This document shows positions 1 to 12,540 of a stretch of DNA of 63,796 bases, piece after piece (the stretch's first letter is position 1; every line of letters starts with the position of its first letter). Under the pieces are notes generated by a model that searched no databases, was not told the origin of the DNA, and was given only the letters and a program-made list of their open reading frames with translations. The stretch is from Vitrella brassicaformis CCMP3155 (lineage: Eukaryota > Protista > Chromerida): NCBI GenBank assembly GCA_001179505.1, contig CDMY01000501.1, forward strand, positions 1 through 63,796. Direction: 5' to 3'. The position numbers and the translations under genes were made by a program.

Positions 1-480
1 GGTCGATACCACCGAGAGAATGCGGACTGATAGACCGGTTAGGATCTATCAGCTGCCGACAGACAGACGATAGACAGGCTGCTGACAGGCTGCTGCACAG
101 ACAGACTGCCGACAGGCGGATGATAGACAGACCTGTTAGGATCTGCCCAACTGCCGATCAGGCGGAAAGACAAACCAGACTGCTGCGCCCATGTAAGAAT
201 AGGTGGGAGAGAGTCGGGGAGAATGGTGAAGAGAGGATCTGCCGGGCGGTCAGTCCCGGATAAAGGATTAAGTCAATGCAACGTAAGGTCTGTGGATTTT
301 GTGGAGAGTCCACGTAGGACATGTAGTATGCGTCAGTCCATCCTGTCTGACGTCCTGTCCGCCATGGCCTGTCTCATGGAACGGACAAAGACTCAACAGC
401 CGTCCTGTCTCACAGATCAGTGGATCGTCGGTCTATGAACCCTAGACCCTAAACCCTGGACCGACTTGCACTTCTGACAA
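1..480. mobile_element. End of a dispersed repeat / probable non-autonomous transposon; second copy at the other window end
   Basis: 378-480 is the exact reverse complement of 63694-63796 (103/103 by eye). It carries internal degenerate repeats (GTTAGGATCT..CTGCCGA near 38 and 135) and telomere-like AACCCTAGACCCTAAACCCT near 438-457. No coding capacity; class not determinable. Confidence 0.6.
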
Positions 481-1034
481 GAAGAGGATAGATCTGGCAT
501 CAGGCTCGAGCTTCGCATGCAAGCTCGCGCAGGCGACTGATCTCTGCATGTACAGACAGCTGTCTTTCAAGTGCGTGGCTCGGCATGGATTGGGTGTGGT
601 GCGGTGTGCTGTGGTGTGGTGACTGCGTGCATGATGGACAGAGCCGCTCAGACAGCGGCGTGGCGTGCCTCATCAATGGGTCAACAGTGGGGTTGGGCAA
701 TTGGACACGAAAACTACTGCAGCTTTCTCTCTCTAACGGCGCGGCAACTACGCGGCAGATCCAACCGAGAAAGAGAGAGCCTGACGTCAGTCCGCTTTCG
801 CCTCTGACGGAGAGCGCAATGCAAGTGTGCACTCAATAAATGAATGGTCCGTGACAGTGCCAGTGTGCTGGCCCCATCAGTTTTGCATCTGGACCTTGTC
901 ACGGCAGTATCAGAGGAGTTTCGTCGCTTGAAAGCAACATGATATCGCGAGCCACGATCGTTTTCGATTTTTGGGGGCGTCTCAGAATCGGACGATCAAA
1001 ATCGAGAGCAACAAGAGCCCCCAGCAGCAGAACG

Positions 1035-2648
1035 ATGGAGAGAGGGAGTCCTGGGCGTGGGACGCCCCAGAACAGGGGCATCGCAGGAGGCTCTCGGCTT
1101 GGAGGGGGAGGAGGTCATCTGGTTCCCGGTGAGTGAGGGCAAAAGACTTGAATCTCGTGCCATTTGCAGTGTGGATGTCGCACCTGTCAGATGTGTCGCC
1201 GCCAGAGACGCCGCAACCGCCACAGGGAGGAGACCTCGGCTATGTGGTCCCGACAGAGGGTGAGATCCACGTGAGCAGGTCGTTCTGCATGCATCCCTCC
1301 CTCTTCCATTGATTGACGCCCATGCAGGTCAGCTGGCGGCTTTGCAGCGTCTCAAGATCTTCTTCGCCAACAACCCCGGCCTCGCGGACCACCACACCGA
1401 GAACGGCCGCCTCACCATCCCTCTGGACGGAGAGGACGACCTCGCCCTCCAGTTCGACCGGCAGGCGCCCGTTGAAGACTACGTCGACATGAATGGGGAG
1501 AGGGTGGTATTGTACGACAATTCTTGTCCGTACAAGGCCCTCAACAACCTGCTCGGGTTGACGGGAGAGGACAGGCTGCCCAACCACCTCTTCCGGGACG
1601 AGCCCGGGCAGCAGAAGAAGGAGATGGGCGAGTGCGGCGAGTACATCAACCTCGCCACCGACCACCACGCCATACGTCTGGCTCAGGTGCTAAGAGGGAG
1701 GGATGTGTGGGTTTCTCGGGATTCATTCATTGGGTCCCTCCATGTGTCGTGTATTTTGGTGCAGGTGAATGGGGATACCATGGAGGAGCGCATCTCGGTG
1801 CTGGGCAGCATGTCGGCCGGGGAGGTGTGTGGGGTGCTGGCGACCACAGAAGTCGCCCTCATGGGCAACGGCCGCCCCACCGAGACGCACATCCAGGCCA
1901 TCCGACTGCTCGGCAACGGCGTGTGGGCGGACATGGAGACCATCACCGAGGTGGCCCCCCGGCAGGCCGTCATGTCGAACCAGGACGTGGTCGAGCTGCT
2001 GATGCGCGACCAGCCCCACCGGGAGGCCGTCCAGCAGCGCACCCCATACGCGTACATGTACTACGATGTGCTCGTAGTCTTCCGGTCTGACGAGGCGCGG
2101 GACACGGCGGCCAACCCCCTGCCTGCACCCAACCCCATCGCCATGATCGCTGACGACGGGCACGGCCACCAGGGGCAGCAGGGGGCGCAGGCTGCGGCGG
2201 CGTGGGCTGTATTGCTGGTGTTGCTCATGGCCATCCAGGCAGCGGGTGGTCAGGGCGACGGCGGTGGTGCTGGTGCTGGTGCTGGAGGAAAGGGAGGCGG
2301 GAAAAGGAAGAGGGAAAACGACGAGGGCGGCGCACACGATGGCGAGGCTGATGACGACGAGCCGCTGGCGCAGCGCCGCAGGCGTCTCAAGCGCCGCGTG
2401 GCTCGCCCACAGCCGCACGACGGGTGAGTGAATCCATCCATCCATCCATGCATGCGGCAATGGATCCATCCATGCGTTCCTTCACGCACACATCGCCTGT
2501 GTGATGTTTATGTCTGTTTTCTTTGTACAGGGTGCCCGATGTAGAGATGGCTGACGCACCGCAGCAGCAGCCCCCCTACTGGGAGCGACCCTTGGCCTAT
2601 CGCCAGGTCCAAGGGCTCTGGGCCGGCAGACTGCGGGCGCGCCGATGA
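1035..2648 (+). CDS. Hypothetical spliced protein (4 exons, ~1035-1128, 1328-1686, 1765-2423, 2531-2648); start uncertain
   Basis: Long open frame 1309-2427 with GC3-biased codons. Phase-compatible GT-AG introns; the last exon reads VPDVEMADAP...RLRARR*. Basic NLS-like stretch RRRRLKRR. No family recognised. Confidence 0.65.
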
Positions 2649-4356
2649 GTGTGTGATCCGCACTCAGTCTGGCGATCCCCACGCATACTCTGAGACACAG
2701 ACGGAGAGAGAGAGAGAGAGAGAGAGAGACAAGGGCTGATCGGTCAGTCGGACGGACGGACGGATAGATGGACGGATGGATGGACGGATGGATGGACAGA
2801 TGGAAAGATGGGTGGGTGCCACGTGGGTGTCGCGTCGGGGCTCGTGTTTTCTTTTGTCTGCTGGTTGTCGGTCGACTCACGGATGGATGTCTTACTTTTT
2901 TGCCATCGTTGGGGTGTTTTCTTTGCCGCCAACAATGGATTACATATGTATCATGGTGCTGTGTTTCTTCTGACCCGTCCTCTTTCCTTCCGGTGTGTGC
3001 CTGTGTGTGCAGTATTGGGTCGTCTTTCCCATGTGCGTGCGGTGGCCGTTATCTTTGTGGGGGATTGCGGGAGTGAGGTGTGTGTGTGTGCACAGGCAGG
3101 AAACGAACGGGCATACTGCTGTCGACGTCTGTCGCGTGCAGGTAGGCAGGCATATTGCAGACAGAATGCCCGTTGGGTGTGAGGGGGTGGGAGAGAGAGA
3201 TGCATACTGCAGACAGACAGACAGACAGACATTGGCGTGCACGTGCCGTGATGGATGGATGGACGGAAGCAGAGTGCATGCAGGAAGCAAGCAAGGTGAC
3301 TGACACAAAACCCCCGATCTCTCACCCACCCTCTCTACCCATGTATGTACCACTTGGCCGGCCGCTGCACTCACTGCCCTCACACCTCTCAGTCCCTGTT
3401 GGTGGTCGCCTGTTGGTTGGGGTTTCGTTTGGCGTTTTTGTCGTCCGTCCATCGATTCGTTTTTCGGCGTGTGTGTGTTGGAAGAACTATGGGGTGGTGT
3501 GGGATGTGTGAGTGTGCGGAACGCATGGATGGCTCTCGTGTGTACCCCTCTTCTTTTACTTTGTCTGTCGACCCCGTCCGTGTAACTTCGTTGGACCCGT
3601 CTTGCTTTTGCGGCGTGTTTGTATGTGTGTGTCTGTCTGTGTGTCTCGTTCGTCTTTTCTTCTTTTGGCCGACCGACCGACCGACCGACCAGGCAGCTCA
3701 GCCGTCTCTCTGCCTGCCTCTCCTCTCGTGTGTTGTGTGCGCCTGATTTGGGGTTGGTGTGGTGTAGCGGTGCCCCTTGTGTGTGTGTGTTTCTATGTGT
3801 GGGTGGCGTGCGAAGCACCCACCAACACAAACAAACACAGAAAGATGATAGAATTAAGGGGGCGGTGTGGTGTGTCCGGCTGTCTGCAATGATGCATGGT
3901 GAGACGCAGTGGGCGGGTGGATGGGTGGGTGAGTAGATGTGACACACATGGCTCGGCGTGATGCATCCATGGACTGAGGACGGATACACAAGGGTGCATG
4001 CATCTGTGAACGGGATACTTACAATATGGCAGTCCACACACAAACGCGAACCGACACACATAGTGATACACACGCAGCCTTTCCCTCGACCGCTTAGTCT
4101 CGTTTCCGTGAGCATACATCCATCCGTCCATCCATCCATCCATCAACACAAGATGTGTGGCTGGCTGGCTGCCACTTGGCCGATGTTTCCTGCGATGGCC
4201 GACAGAATGGGCGCTGGGGCTGGGCCGTGTGCGGCATCTGGTGCGGGTGAGACAATGTGACGGATGTGACTGGAACCAGAAAGGACAAGAACAAAGAAAT
4301 CCCGCTGGAAGATGAAAAGCATCGAGGAGATCGACAGATCGACAGAAACAGGCTGC

Positions 4357-4650
4357 ACTCGGCCATGAAGCGAGCATTCTGTTCAAAGGTCTGCAGCCTC
4401 CGGTCCACCTCAGCCATCCGCTGCTCACCTGCTTGCTGCACAGACAGACAGACAGACAGACATTCATCAGTGTGTGTGTGGCGACATAGATATCATTCAT
4501 TCACCTTGGTTGGTGGCTCTCATCTGAGAGGCCAGATCTGTGTGTTTGGTGGCGCGGGAGAGGCGGACGGGCGGCGCAACAAAGGCGGACACCGCCGATG
4601 GCCGGCAGCCCTCCGCTGTCAGCAGCATAAGACAGATAACCAACAGCATC
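4357..4650 (-). repeat. Chimeric dispersed repeat, copy A (5'-truncated)
   Basis: Clear nucleotide homology to 24415-24985 and 33976-34540, including the EQRMAEVDRRL..FEENARFMAE exon-like block and its ACAG microsatellite intron. Confidence 0.85.
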
Positions 4651-4847
4651 GTCATATACATGATAATAAGACAGGCAGGCAGGCAGGCAGTCAGACGACG
4701 CGGTGATGGTCAGAAGGGGAAAGGTCTCGGACACGCGCAGAAGAGGATAGATCTCGCTTCAAAAGGGCATCGGGATAAAACGGGCACAGGCCGAGCTTCG
4801 CATGCAAGCTCGCGCGGTGACAGATCTCGCTCTTTCGCAGTTCCAGC

Positions 4848-6355
4848 ATGTCGATGCATCCGTCAGTTGGCGTGTTTGGCGAGAGGGAGTCGGGCCAAGA
4901 CGTCAGAGGCGCCAATGGTACATAGCACACACGCGGCGCGCGCACACACGCATCACATCCTCACAGCACAGCACCGCGCAACACCATGCAGCTAGGCACA
5001 TCCACACACGTTTGTCAGTCGAGCGCATGCACGAAATACACACAGAGATCTTCCTCCCTCTCCCTCTCTCGTGGCTGCAGTGACGGCCGTGGCGACTTTG
5101 GCGAACATATTGCGTTCGTCGTTGGGTCCGCAGGGTCTGGACAAGATGCTGGTGGACGACATCGGCGACGTGGTCATCACCAACGACGGCGCCACCATCC
5201 TGGGGCAGCTCGAGGTGCAGCACCCCGCTGCCAAGGTCATGGTGGAGCTCTCGCACCTCCAGGACCAAGAGGTCGGTCAGACAGACAGGCGCACGCACCA
5301 CGAACCAGCGAACGGCACACAGAGAGATGTCCAGAGGGAGAGAGGGGGGGGGAGGAAGGGAGTGAGGGGGGGAGGAAGGGGCCGCATGTGACTGATGTGA
5401 GTGCGTGATTGATATCTGTGTCTGTCTGTCTGTCTGTGTGTGGTGTGGGTGTAGGTGGGTGATGGCACCACGTCTGTGGTCATCATAGCGGCGGAGCTGC
5501 TCAAGGTAAGCCTAGATGGGGCGATGCATCCATACATGCCTCTCGCTGTTTGTGTGCTGTCCGCCCCACAGCGTGGGAATGACCTGGTGCGTGGCGGCAT
5601 CCACCCCACATCCGTCATAGCAGGATACAAACTCGCCATGAAGGTAGGTATCTGGCTGGGTACCCTCCCCCTCCCACACAGAGACAGACAGACAGACAGA
5701 CACACAGGTGTTCGTGAGTTATCTGTCTGTCTGTCTGTCTGCCGGTGTGTGTGTGTGTGTGTCTGTGTGTGTGTGTGTGTGTGTGGTGTGTGCAGGAGTG
5801 TGTCAAGTACATGCAGGAGAACCTCTGCGTCAAGGTCGACCAACTCGGTGAGGGAGCCAGAGAGGGCAGGCCGGGAGGGAGGGACTGTGTGCTGTAAATG
5901 CAGGCAAGGAGGTGTTGCTGAATGTCGCCCGCACCACCATCTCGTCAAAATACATCGGCGCGTAAGGACTTACTTACGGCAACCACTCACCCCACACACA
6001 GACATGCCCTCCTCTGTGTGTGTCTGTGTCTGTGTCTGTGTGTGTCCAGTGAGTCAGATTTCTTCGCCCACTTGGTCGTCGACGCCATCTCATCTGTCAA
6101 ATTTGTAAGCCACACACACAGGGAGGGACACACGAAGCTTCACGTGTGTGTGTGATGTGACTGACTGATGTAGGTGACTGAGCGGGGTGCGACGCGTTAT
6201 CCGGTCAAGGCGATCAACGTGCTCAAGTGCCACGGCAAGAGCACTCGCGAGTCGATGATCGTCCCTGGCTACGGCCTGCAGCTCCAGAGGGCCGCACAGG
6301 GTGAGCAGCTCTGAGTGAGTTGGGGTGTGTGGGTGGGATGTTGTGGTGTGGTGGA

Positions 6356-6388
<33 letters not shown>

Positions 6389-7998
6389 TGTCAGGCATGC
6401 CCACTCGTGTGTCACCCGCCAAGATAGCCATGGTGGACTTCAACCTCAACAGATACCGAGCTGCCCTTGGTGAGTGAGTGAATGAGTGAGAGAGTGAGGG
6501 ACCGACCCATCACACACACACACACACACACATGGATGGTTCTGTGTGTGGTTGTGTGCAGGTGTGCAGGTGCAGGTGACTGATCCAAAGGAGCTGGAGC
6601 GGATCAGACAGAAGTACGTTTGTCGACGGGGTGCTGTTGCTGGCCGCACGGACGGCTTTCCGTGTGTGGTGCTGTGGTGTGGTGTGGTGTCTTCAGGGAG
6701 ATGGACATCACCAAGGACAAGATCAGCAAGATACTCAGCTCAGGTGGGTGGTGGGTGCGGCCTCTCCCCTGCATAACTCTGTCTCTCTCTCTCTCAATCT
6801 ATCTTTCTCTGCATGAGTCTGTGTGTGTGTGTGTGTGTAGGCGCAAACGTGATTCTGACGACCAAGGGCATCGACGACATGTGCCTCAAGTACTTTGTCG
6901 AGGTACGTGAGGACACAGCGCAGCGCGTGGCGGGTAAGTCTGGTGGGTGATGACTGACTTACACATACACACAGGCCAAGGCGATTGCCGTCCGGCGCGT
7001 GACGACCAAGGACATCCGCAGGATCGCCAAAGCCACTGGAGGTCCGTCTCTACCCACACAGGCGTGTGTGGATGTGTGTCCGGACACCTTTTGTTCTGGC
7101 TGTGTGTGTGTGTGTGTTCAGGCCACGTGTGTCTGACGCTGGCCACACTGGATGGGGACGAGAAGTTCGACCCTGGCAACCTAGGTACCTACGGTCTCGT
7201 GGACGCGCTGCGTGTGTGGATCGATGGATGTGTGTGGATGGACGTGTGTGTGTGTGTGTGTGTGTGTGTAGGTCACGCTGATGAGGTCTGCGAGGAGCGA
7301 GTGGGCGACAACGACTTCATCTTCATCAAGGCGAGCATTGCATTGAAACACATTATTCTTGCCATTCACTCATCTCATTCTGTCACTCATCTCATCTACA
7401 CGCCCACACCGATCGGTTTGTGTGTGCTTTGTGTTTATGTGCAGGGCTGCAAGTCAGCACGCTCCACATCCCTTCTGCTGCGGGTACCCCCCACCCCCCA
7501 AGCCAAGCCCCACACACACATTCCATTCCATTCCATTCCATCCATCCACACACACATCTGCATCAGGGTGCGAACGAGTTCATGCTCGACGAGGTGGAGC
7601 GGTCCGTCCACGACGCCCTCTGCGCCGTCTCGCGCACCCTCGAGTCAAACTACGTATGCGCCGGCGGGGGCGCCGTCGAGACCGCACTCGCCATATACCT
7701 CGAAGACTTCGCACGGACACTGGTCAGTTCGCCAACGCATACACAGAGAGAGAGAGGGGGGGGAGAGAGGGGGGAGAGGGATATGTGTTATGGCGTGTTG
7801 TGGTGCGGTGTGGTGTGAGTAGGGTTCTCGTGAGCAGCTGGCGATAGCGGAGTTTGCGGAGGCTCTGCAGGTCATCCCGAAGCAACTCGCCATCAACGCT
7901 GCACTGGTTGGTACTGTGTGGGGAACCCTCTCACTCACTCAGCCATCCATCCATCCATCCACACACGAGTATTGACCTCCTTACTATCACCATCTCTT

Positions 7999-8031
<33 letters not shown>

Positions 8032-8528
8032 CTGTAGGACGCCACCGACCTGTTGGCCAAGCTGCGGTCCCACCACGCCGCCGCACAGACGGCCGCCCCG
8101 ACAGACGAGAAGAAAAAGGACCTGAAATGGTCAGTCAGTCAGTCCATCGACTGACTCACCTCATTTCATTCACCACACACACCACACCACACACGCCTGA
8201 CTGACCGCATTATGTGTGTGTGTGTGTGGTCATGTGATGTGTCGACAGGTGTGGTTTGGATTTGGTGCACGGCAAGGTCCGCAACAGCATGAAGGACGGC
8301 GTGCTCGAGCCGCTGCTCACCAAGTCAAAAGCTATCAGGTCACCCACTCCCCCCCACCGCACCTTATTCTGTCTGTTATGTCTGTGCCTCCCCCTCCCAT
8401 GCCGTGTGTGTGTGTGTGTGTGTGTGTGTAGGTTTGCCACTGAGGCAGCGGTGACGATCCTGCGCATCGACGACCTGATCAAGACCATCCCCGAGCCGGA
8501 GCCACGGCAGGGCGAGGAGGACGAGTGA
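4848..8528 (+). CDS. CCT1: T-complex protein 1 subunit alpha (CCT-alpha chaperonin), about 20 introns
   Basis: Spliced exons give [20 protein letters not shown]..., [88 protein letters not shown]: the group II chaperonin alpha-subunit signatures. Confidence 0.97.
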
Positions 8529-8949
8529 GTCAGTGAAGACAGAGGACAGACCGAGAGAAATGAATGAATTGAATGAGTAGGAAGGTAGTCAGCGTAGCGT
8601 GGCGTGCTGCATGCCATGGAGGGCTGCTGTGCTGTGCTGTGCCTAGCGGATGGATGGATGGATGTGTGGGTGGTCGATCGCAATCTATGGCGTGCAATCG
8701 CAGCTGGGCGTGTGTCGGCTAGTTTGTGTGTGGCTGTGTGTTCGCTCGCCTTGAGAGGCTGTTGATGCTCTGTGGCTGGCAAAGTGCGACCACTGTGCCA
8801 GCCATCGAGCGTCGTCGGTCGGCATGGGCATCGAATGCACGTAACCACCACATAGCTATGTGTGTCGGCGCATGCAGTAGATGGAGATACACCCGCACTC
8901 TTGCGTGCGAGAGAGGGTGACAGCATTCATCAACCTGGCGTGCACACGC

Positions 8950-9880
8950 CTCTGTCGACCCACAGATGAAGGCGGGCGCGGCAAATTTAAAGCAGCAGAT
9001 CTCTCCACCTCACATTTCCGTGAAACCTTCTTCAAGACCACTTCGTCGCGCAGAGCCCCGGGACGGCTGTGGTGATCAGAAACCACCCAGCCACAGACCA
9101 CATGTGGTCCATGTGGTCTGCCTTCTGTCCGACAAGGAGTCGGACGGAGGAAGTGCGGGAGCTGGTGAAGTGGTCCGTTCGCCAGCGACATCCTCGGTGG
9201 ATTCCTCACTATAAACGAAGCCCAGGACCTGTACTACCGCCACCCGACACGCGGTGGGGAAGTTTTCCATCTGCTACCCCAGCCCCTTCCCTCTCCGACA
9301 CAGCACTCAACAGCAACAGCCGCCCGCGGAATTGAGCAGCTCAGCCGTCCAAGGCCGCCAAAAAGTACGGAGAGAGATTGAGGAGGTGATGTCTGTGTGT
9401 TGCTGAGCCGCTCCCCTGGTGAGTCTCGCGACCGGCCCATCTATCGGATCAGTCAACCGACAGCCGACCAACACCGACCCAACGACCACTCTGGTGCCAC
9501 TGGGCACCACCACGTGATCTCTGCCATGCCATGCCATGCCACAGATCAGCCCACTGCATGTCTGCCGCGAATATACGCAGCCTTCTTGTGTGAATGTGTG
9601 TGTGTGTGTGTGTGAGTGTGCGTCAGGTCGCAACTGAGGTGTCGGCAGTCGAGCTGACAGCGAGTGACATCCATTCATTGGCAGCTGCAGGAGCCTGCGC
9701 CGGTCAGATGATACATGACGCTGTCGCCTTATTCATTTCTCTGCCTTTCAGGATATGAATCAGTGGGTCCAAAGCCATCCATCAGTGGGCACATCCTGGC
9801 GAGACGCTGGGATCGATAGCTTTGGAGTACATGGGAGTGCCGTGCACAACTCTCCGTGGGAGGGGTGGATGGATGGATGG
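8950..9880 (+). pseudogene. Possible decayed spliced gene fragments
   Basis: Protein-like stretches in shifting frames (DHFVAQSPGTAVVIRNHP..., HPGETLGSIALEYMGVP) with splice-like sites and in-frame stops; no continuous model. Confidence 0.25.
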
Positions 9881-9908
9881 ACGATTGTGGGATTGTGGGG
9901 CGGTAGCT

Positions 9909-9954
<46 letters not shown>

Positions 9955-10184
9955 TTGATTGATCGACAGAGGCCATCTGGTTGATGATTGGATCGTTGAG
10001 ACGTTGAAGACCATTATTTACTGACCATCACGCACCAGCCATGCGTCCATCCATCCATCCATGTATCCTTCCGCACAGGTCATGAATGCGATCTCTGTCT
10101 GTCTGTCTGTCTGTCTGCAAGCCTTCGGGCGCCGCGCGAGTATGTGTCCGAGACATCACCACCACCACATATCACGCGTTGACC

Positions 10185-12460
10185 TCAGGCAGGGATCGTC
10201 ACACCGGCGTCCTCANNNNNNNNNNNNNNNNNNNNNNNNNNNNNNNNNNNNNNNNNNNNNNNNNNNNNNNNNNNNNNNNNNNNNNNNNNNNNNNNNNNNN
10301 NNNNNNNNNNNNNNNNNNNNNNNNNNNNNNNNNNNNNNNNNNNNNNNNNNNNNNNNNNNNNNNNNNNNNNNNNNNNNNNNNNNNNNNNNNNNNNNNNNNN
10401 NNNNNNNNNNNNNNNNNNNNNNNNNNNNNNNNNNNNNNNNNNNNNNNNNNNNNNNNNNNNNNNNNNNNNNNNNNNNNNNNNNNNNNNNNNNNNNNNNNNN
10501 NNNNNNNNNNNNNNNCCCCCCAACACACACACATACACACATACACACACACACACAAATGCACCGGTGCAATAAGAGAGACACAGAGAGAGGGAAGGGG
10601 GATGGCACATTCATCACCTGTGTCGAGGCCCAGGTGGGCGATGAGGTCGATCTCGCCAGTCTCTTCCACCCTATCCGCCATCTCCGTGCAGATCTTCTTG
10701 CGCTGCTTCCACTTCTTGACCGCCGCGCTGTGCTCCGCTGTGATGCGACACACCTCCTCGGCTGATGGCAACTCGGACGACTGACAGACAGACATCACAC
10801 ACATGGGTGGAGACGAAGAGAGAGAGGGGGGATGGTTGCCCTGCCTGCTGTTTGAACAGATTTTCGAAGTATTCCTTCTCCTTGTTGAGCTCGGCAGACT
10901 GCAGACAAAGAAGCGTACACACACACACACACACACTCCAATCGTCTCTGTGGGTGGATGGGAGGACACGAACCCACCTTGAATGCGACTTGTTCGAGTC
11001 TGTTGGCGACCTCCTCAGCCGGCAACTGGCCCTCATACGTGCGATACTCTGACACACACACACACACACACACATCCATCCATCCATGTGTGTGGGGGCG
11101 GTGTGTGTGTGTGCGTGTGTGTGTTTGTGTGCCTTTCTTGAGGGCGTTGAGTTTCTCTTTGCTCTCAGCCACAGTCTCCTTCAGCGCCGCTATCTCCTCC
11201 GCGCTCGTCTCCGCCTCGGCCGCGTCACTCTCACACACATCATCCTGCCCATAACCACACACACACACACACACACATCAACAGTATGTTGTGGTGTGTG
11301 TGTGCGCGGGGCAGTGCGATCGATCTTGCCTGCTTGGCGAGGAAGACTTTGGCTTTGCCGTATTCCTTCATGATGAGGTCGCCCGAGGTGGCGAGAGACT
11401 CCAGGATGCCGGGACACTTGCCCTTGGCCACGCGACCGTGCTGATCAGACACACAGACAACGACCACACCGTACCCAGCCAAGCCATCCTTCACACAGAA
11501 GGAATGTGTGTATGTGTGTGTGCAGAGGGGGTGCGTCGCGGCTGACGAGGTTGTCGAAGACGTTGATGGCACTGTAGGGGCGATTCTGAGTCTGATGGAT
11601 GGACACACACACATATACGGTCAACGAGAACCATCCGTCCATGTGCTGTGCTGTTGTGCTGGTCAGGTCACCTGCATGTACTCGAGCACGGCTTTGTTGG
11701 CCGCATCGCCTGTGAGTGTGTCCTTCTTGCCGCCGCCGCCCTTGCCACCACCACCACCACCACCACCACCCGCCTTGGCCTTGGCCTTGCCCGCCGCACC
11801 GCCACCGCCGCCCCTGGCCTTGGCCTTCGCACCAACCTTCGGCTTGGCAGCATCTAGAGCCCAGAGCCACACAGGACAGGTCAAAGTTGCCGCATACATC
11901 CACACGCAGAGAGGAACGTTTTCGTGTGTGTCGGTCGACCTTTGGCCTTGGGAGTCTTCTTCTTCTTCTTGGCTGCGTAGATGACACCCCACACGACACA
12001 CCACACACCACACAGGCGTCAATGTGCCGTTCATCCATCCATCCATCCATCCATTTGTGCGGTGTGTACGTTCGTCGTCTTCGAAGTCGCTCTCGTCCTT
12101 GCTGCTGTCCTCAAAGTCACTGTCGCCCTCACCACTATCGCTGTCTGGAGGGGATGCAGGGCACCAACACACAACACACCAAACACATGGATGGATGGAT
12201 GGCTTGATGCGTGCCGTTGCTGACCCTCGGCAGATTTCTTGGGAGGGGCACGCTTTCGCTTCTGGCCTGATGGGGTGGGGTCGATGGGCACATACCATCC
12301 ACAAAAGCATCACATCATTTTCGTGGCACACACTGCCATCCTGTCCTGGCGGCACATATAACATACCTCCCTGTGGTTGTGGATCAGCGGTCACTTTGCG
12401 ATTGCCCTTCTTGCCCCCACACGTGTCCACATCCATCGCGTCACTCGTAGCCTCACTCAT
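10185..12460 (-). CDS. HOP2: Homologous-pairing protein 2 (HOP2/TBPIP/PSMC3IP) with a low-complexity N-terminal extension; last intron spans the N gap
   Basis: Exons give AVLEYMQ-TQNRPYSAINVFDNL-HGRVAKGKCPGILESLATSGDLIMKEYGKAKVFLAKQ (winged helix), a coiled coil, then KKWKQRKKICTEMADRV..LGLDT and a terminal EDAGVTIPA*, matching TBPIP family motifs. Confidence 0.88.
10216..10515. other. Assembly gap (300 N)
   Basis: Run of n next to a C-homopolymer/(CA)n tract. Confidence 1.
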
Positions 12461-12540
12461 CGTCACGGACCGCGGGTAAAACCTGGCCGCTTTACTGCGA
12501 GCTTTTCCTCTTTTGAGGGCTTGGGAAAGCAGCAGCATCG

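Noticed and set aside
2940-4139. 399-aa ORF and similar long track ORFs (20069-21631, 11663-12670, 36659-37870 read-through parts)
   Set aside because: Stop-free microsatellite introns (CV, TH, SL, DGWM repeats) inflate ORF length; only the exonic parts are real.
9010-9130. JmjC/cupin-like N-terminus (..TFFKDHFVAQSP..VVIR)
   Set aside because: Requires two frame corrections, and no HxD/H iron-binding motif follows; too weak to call.
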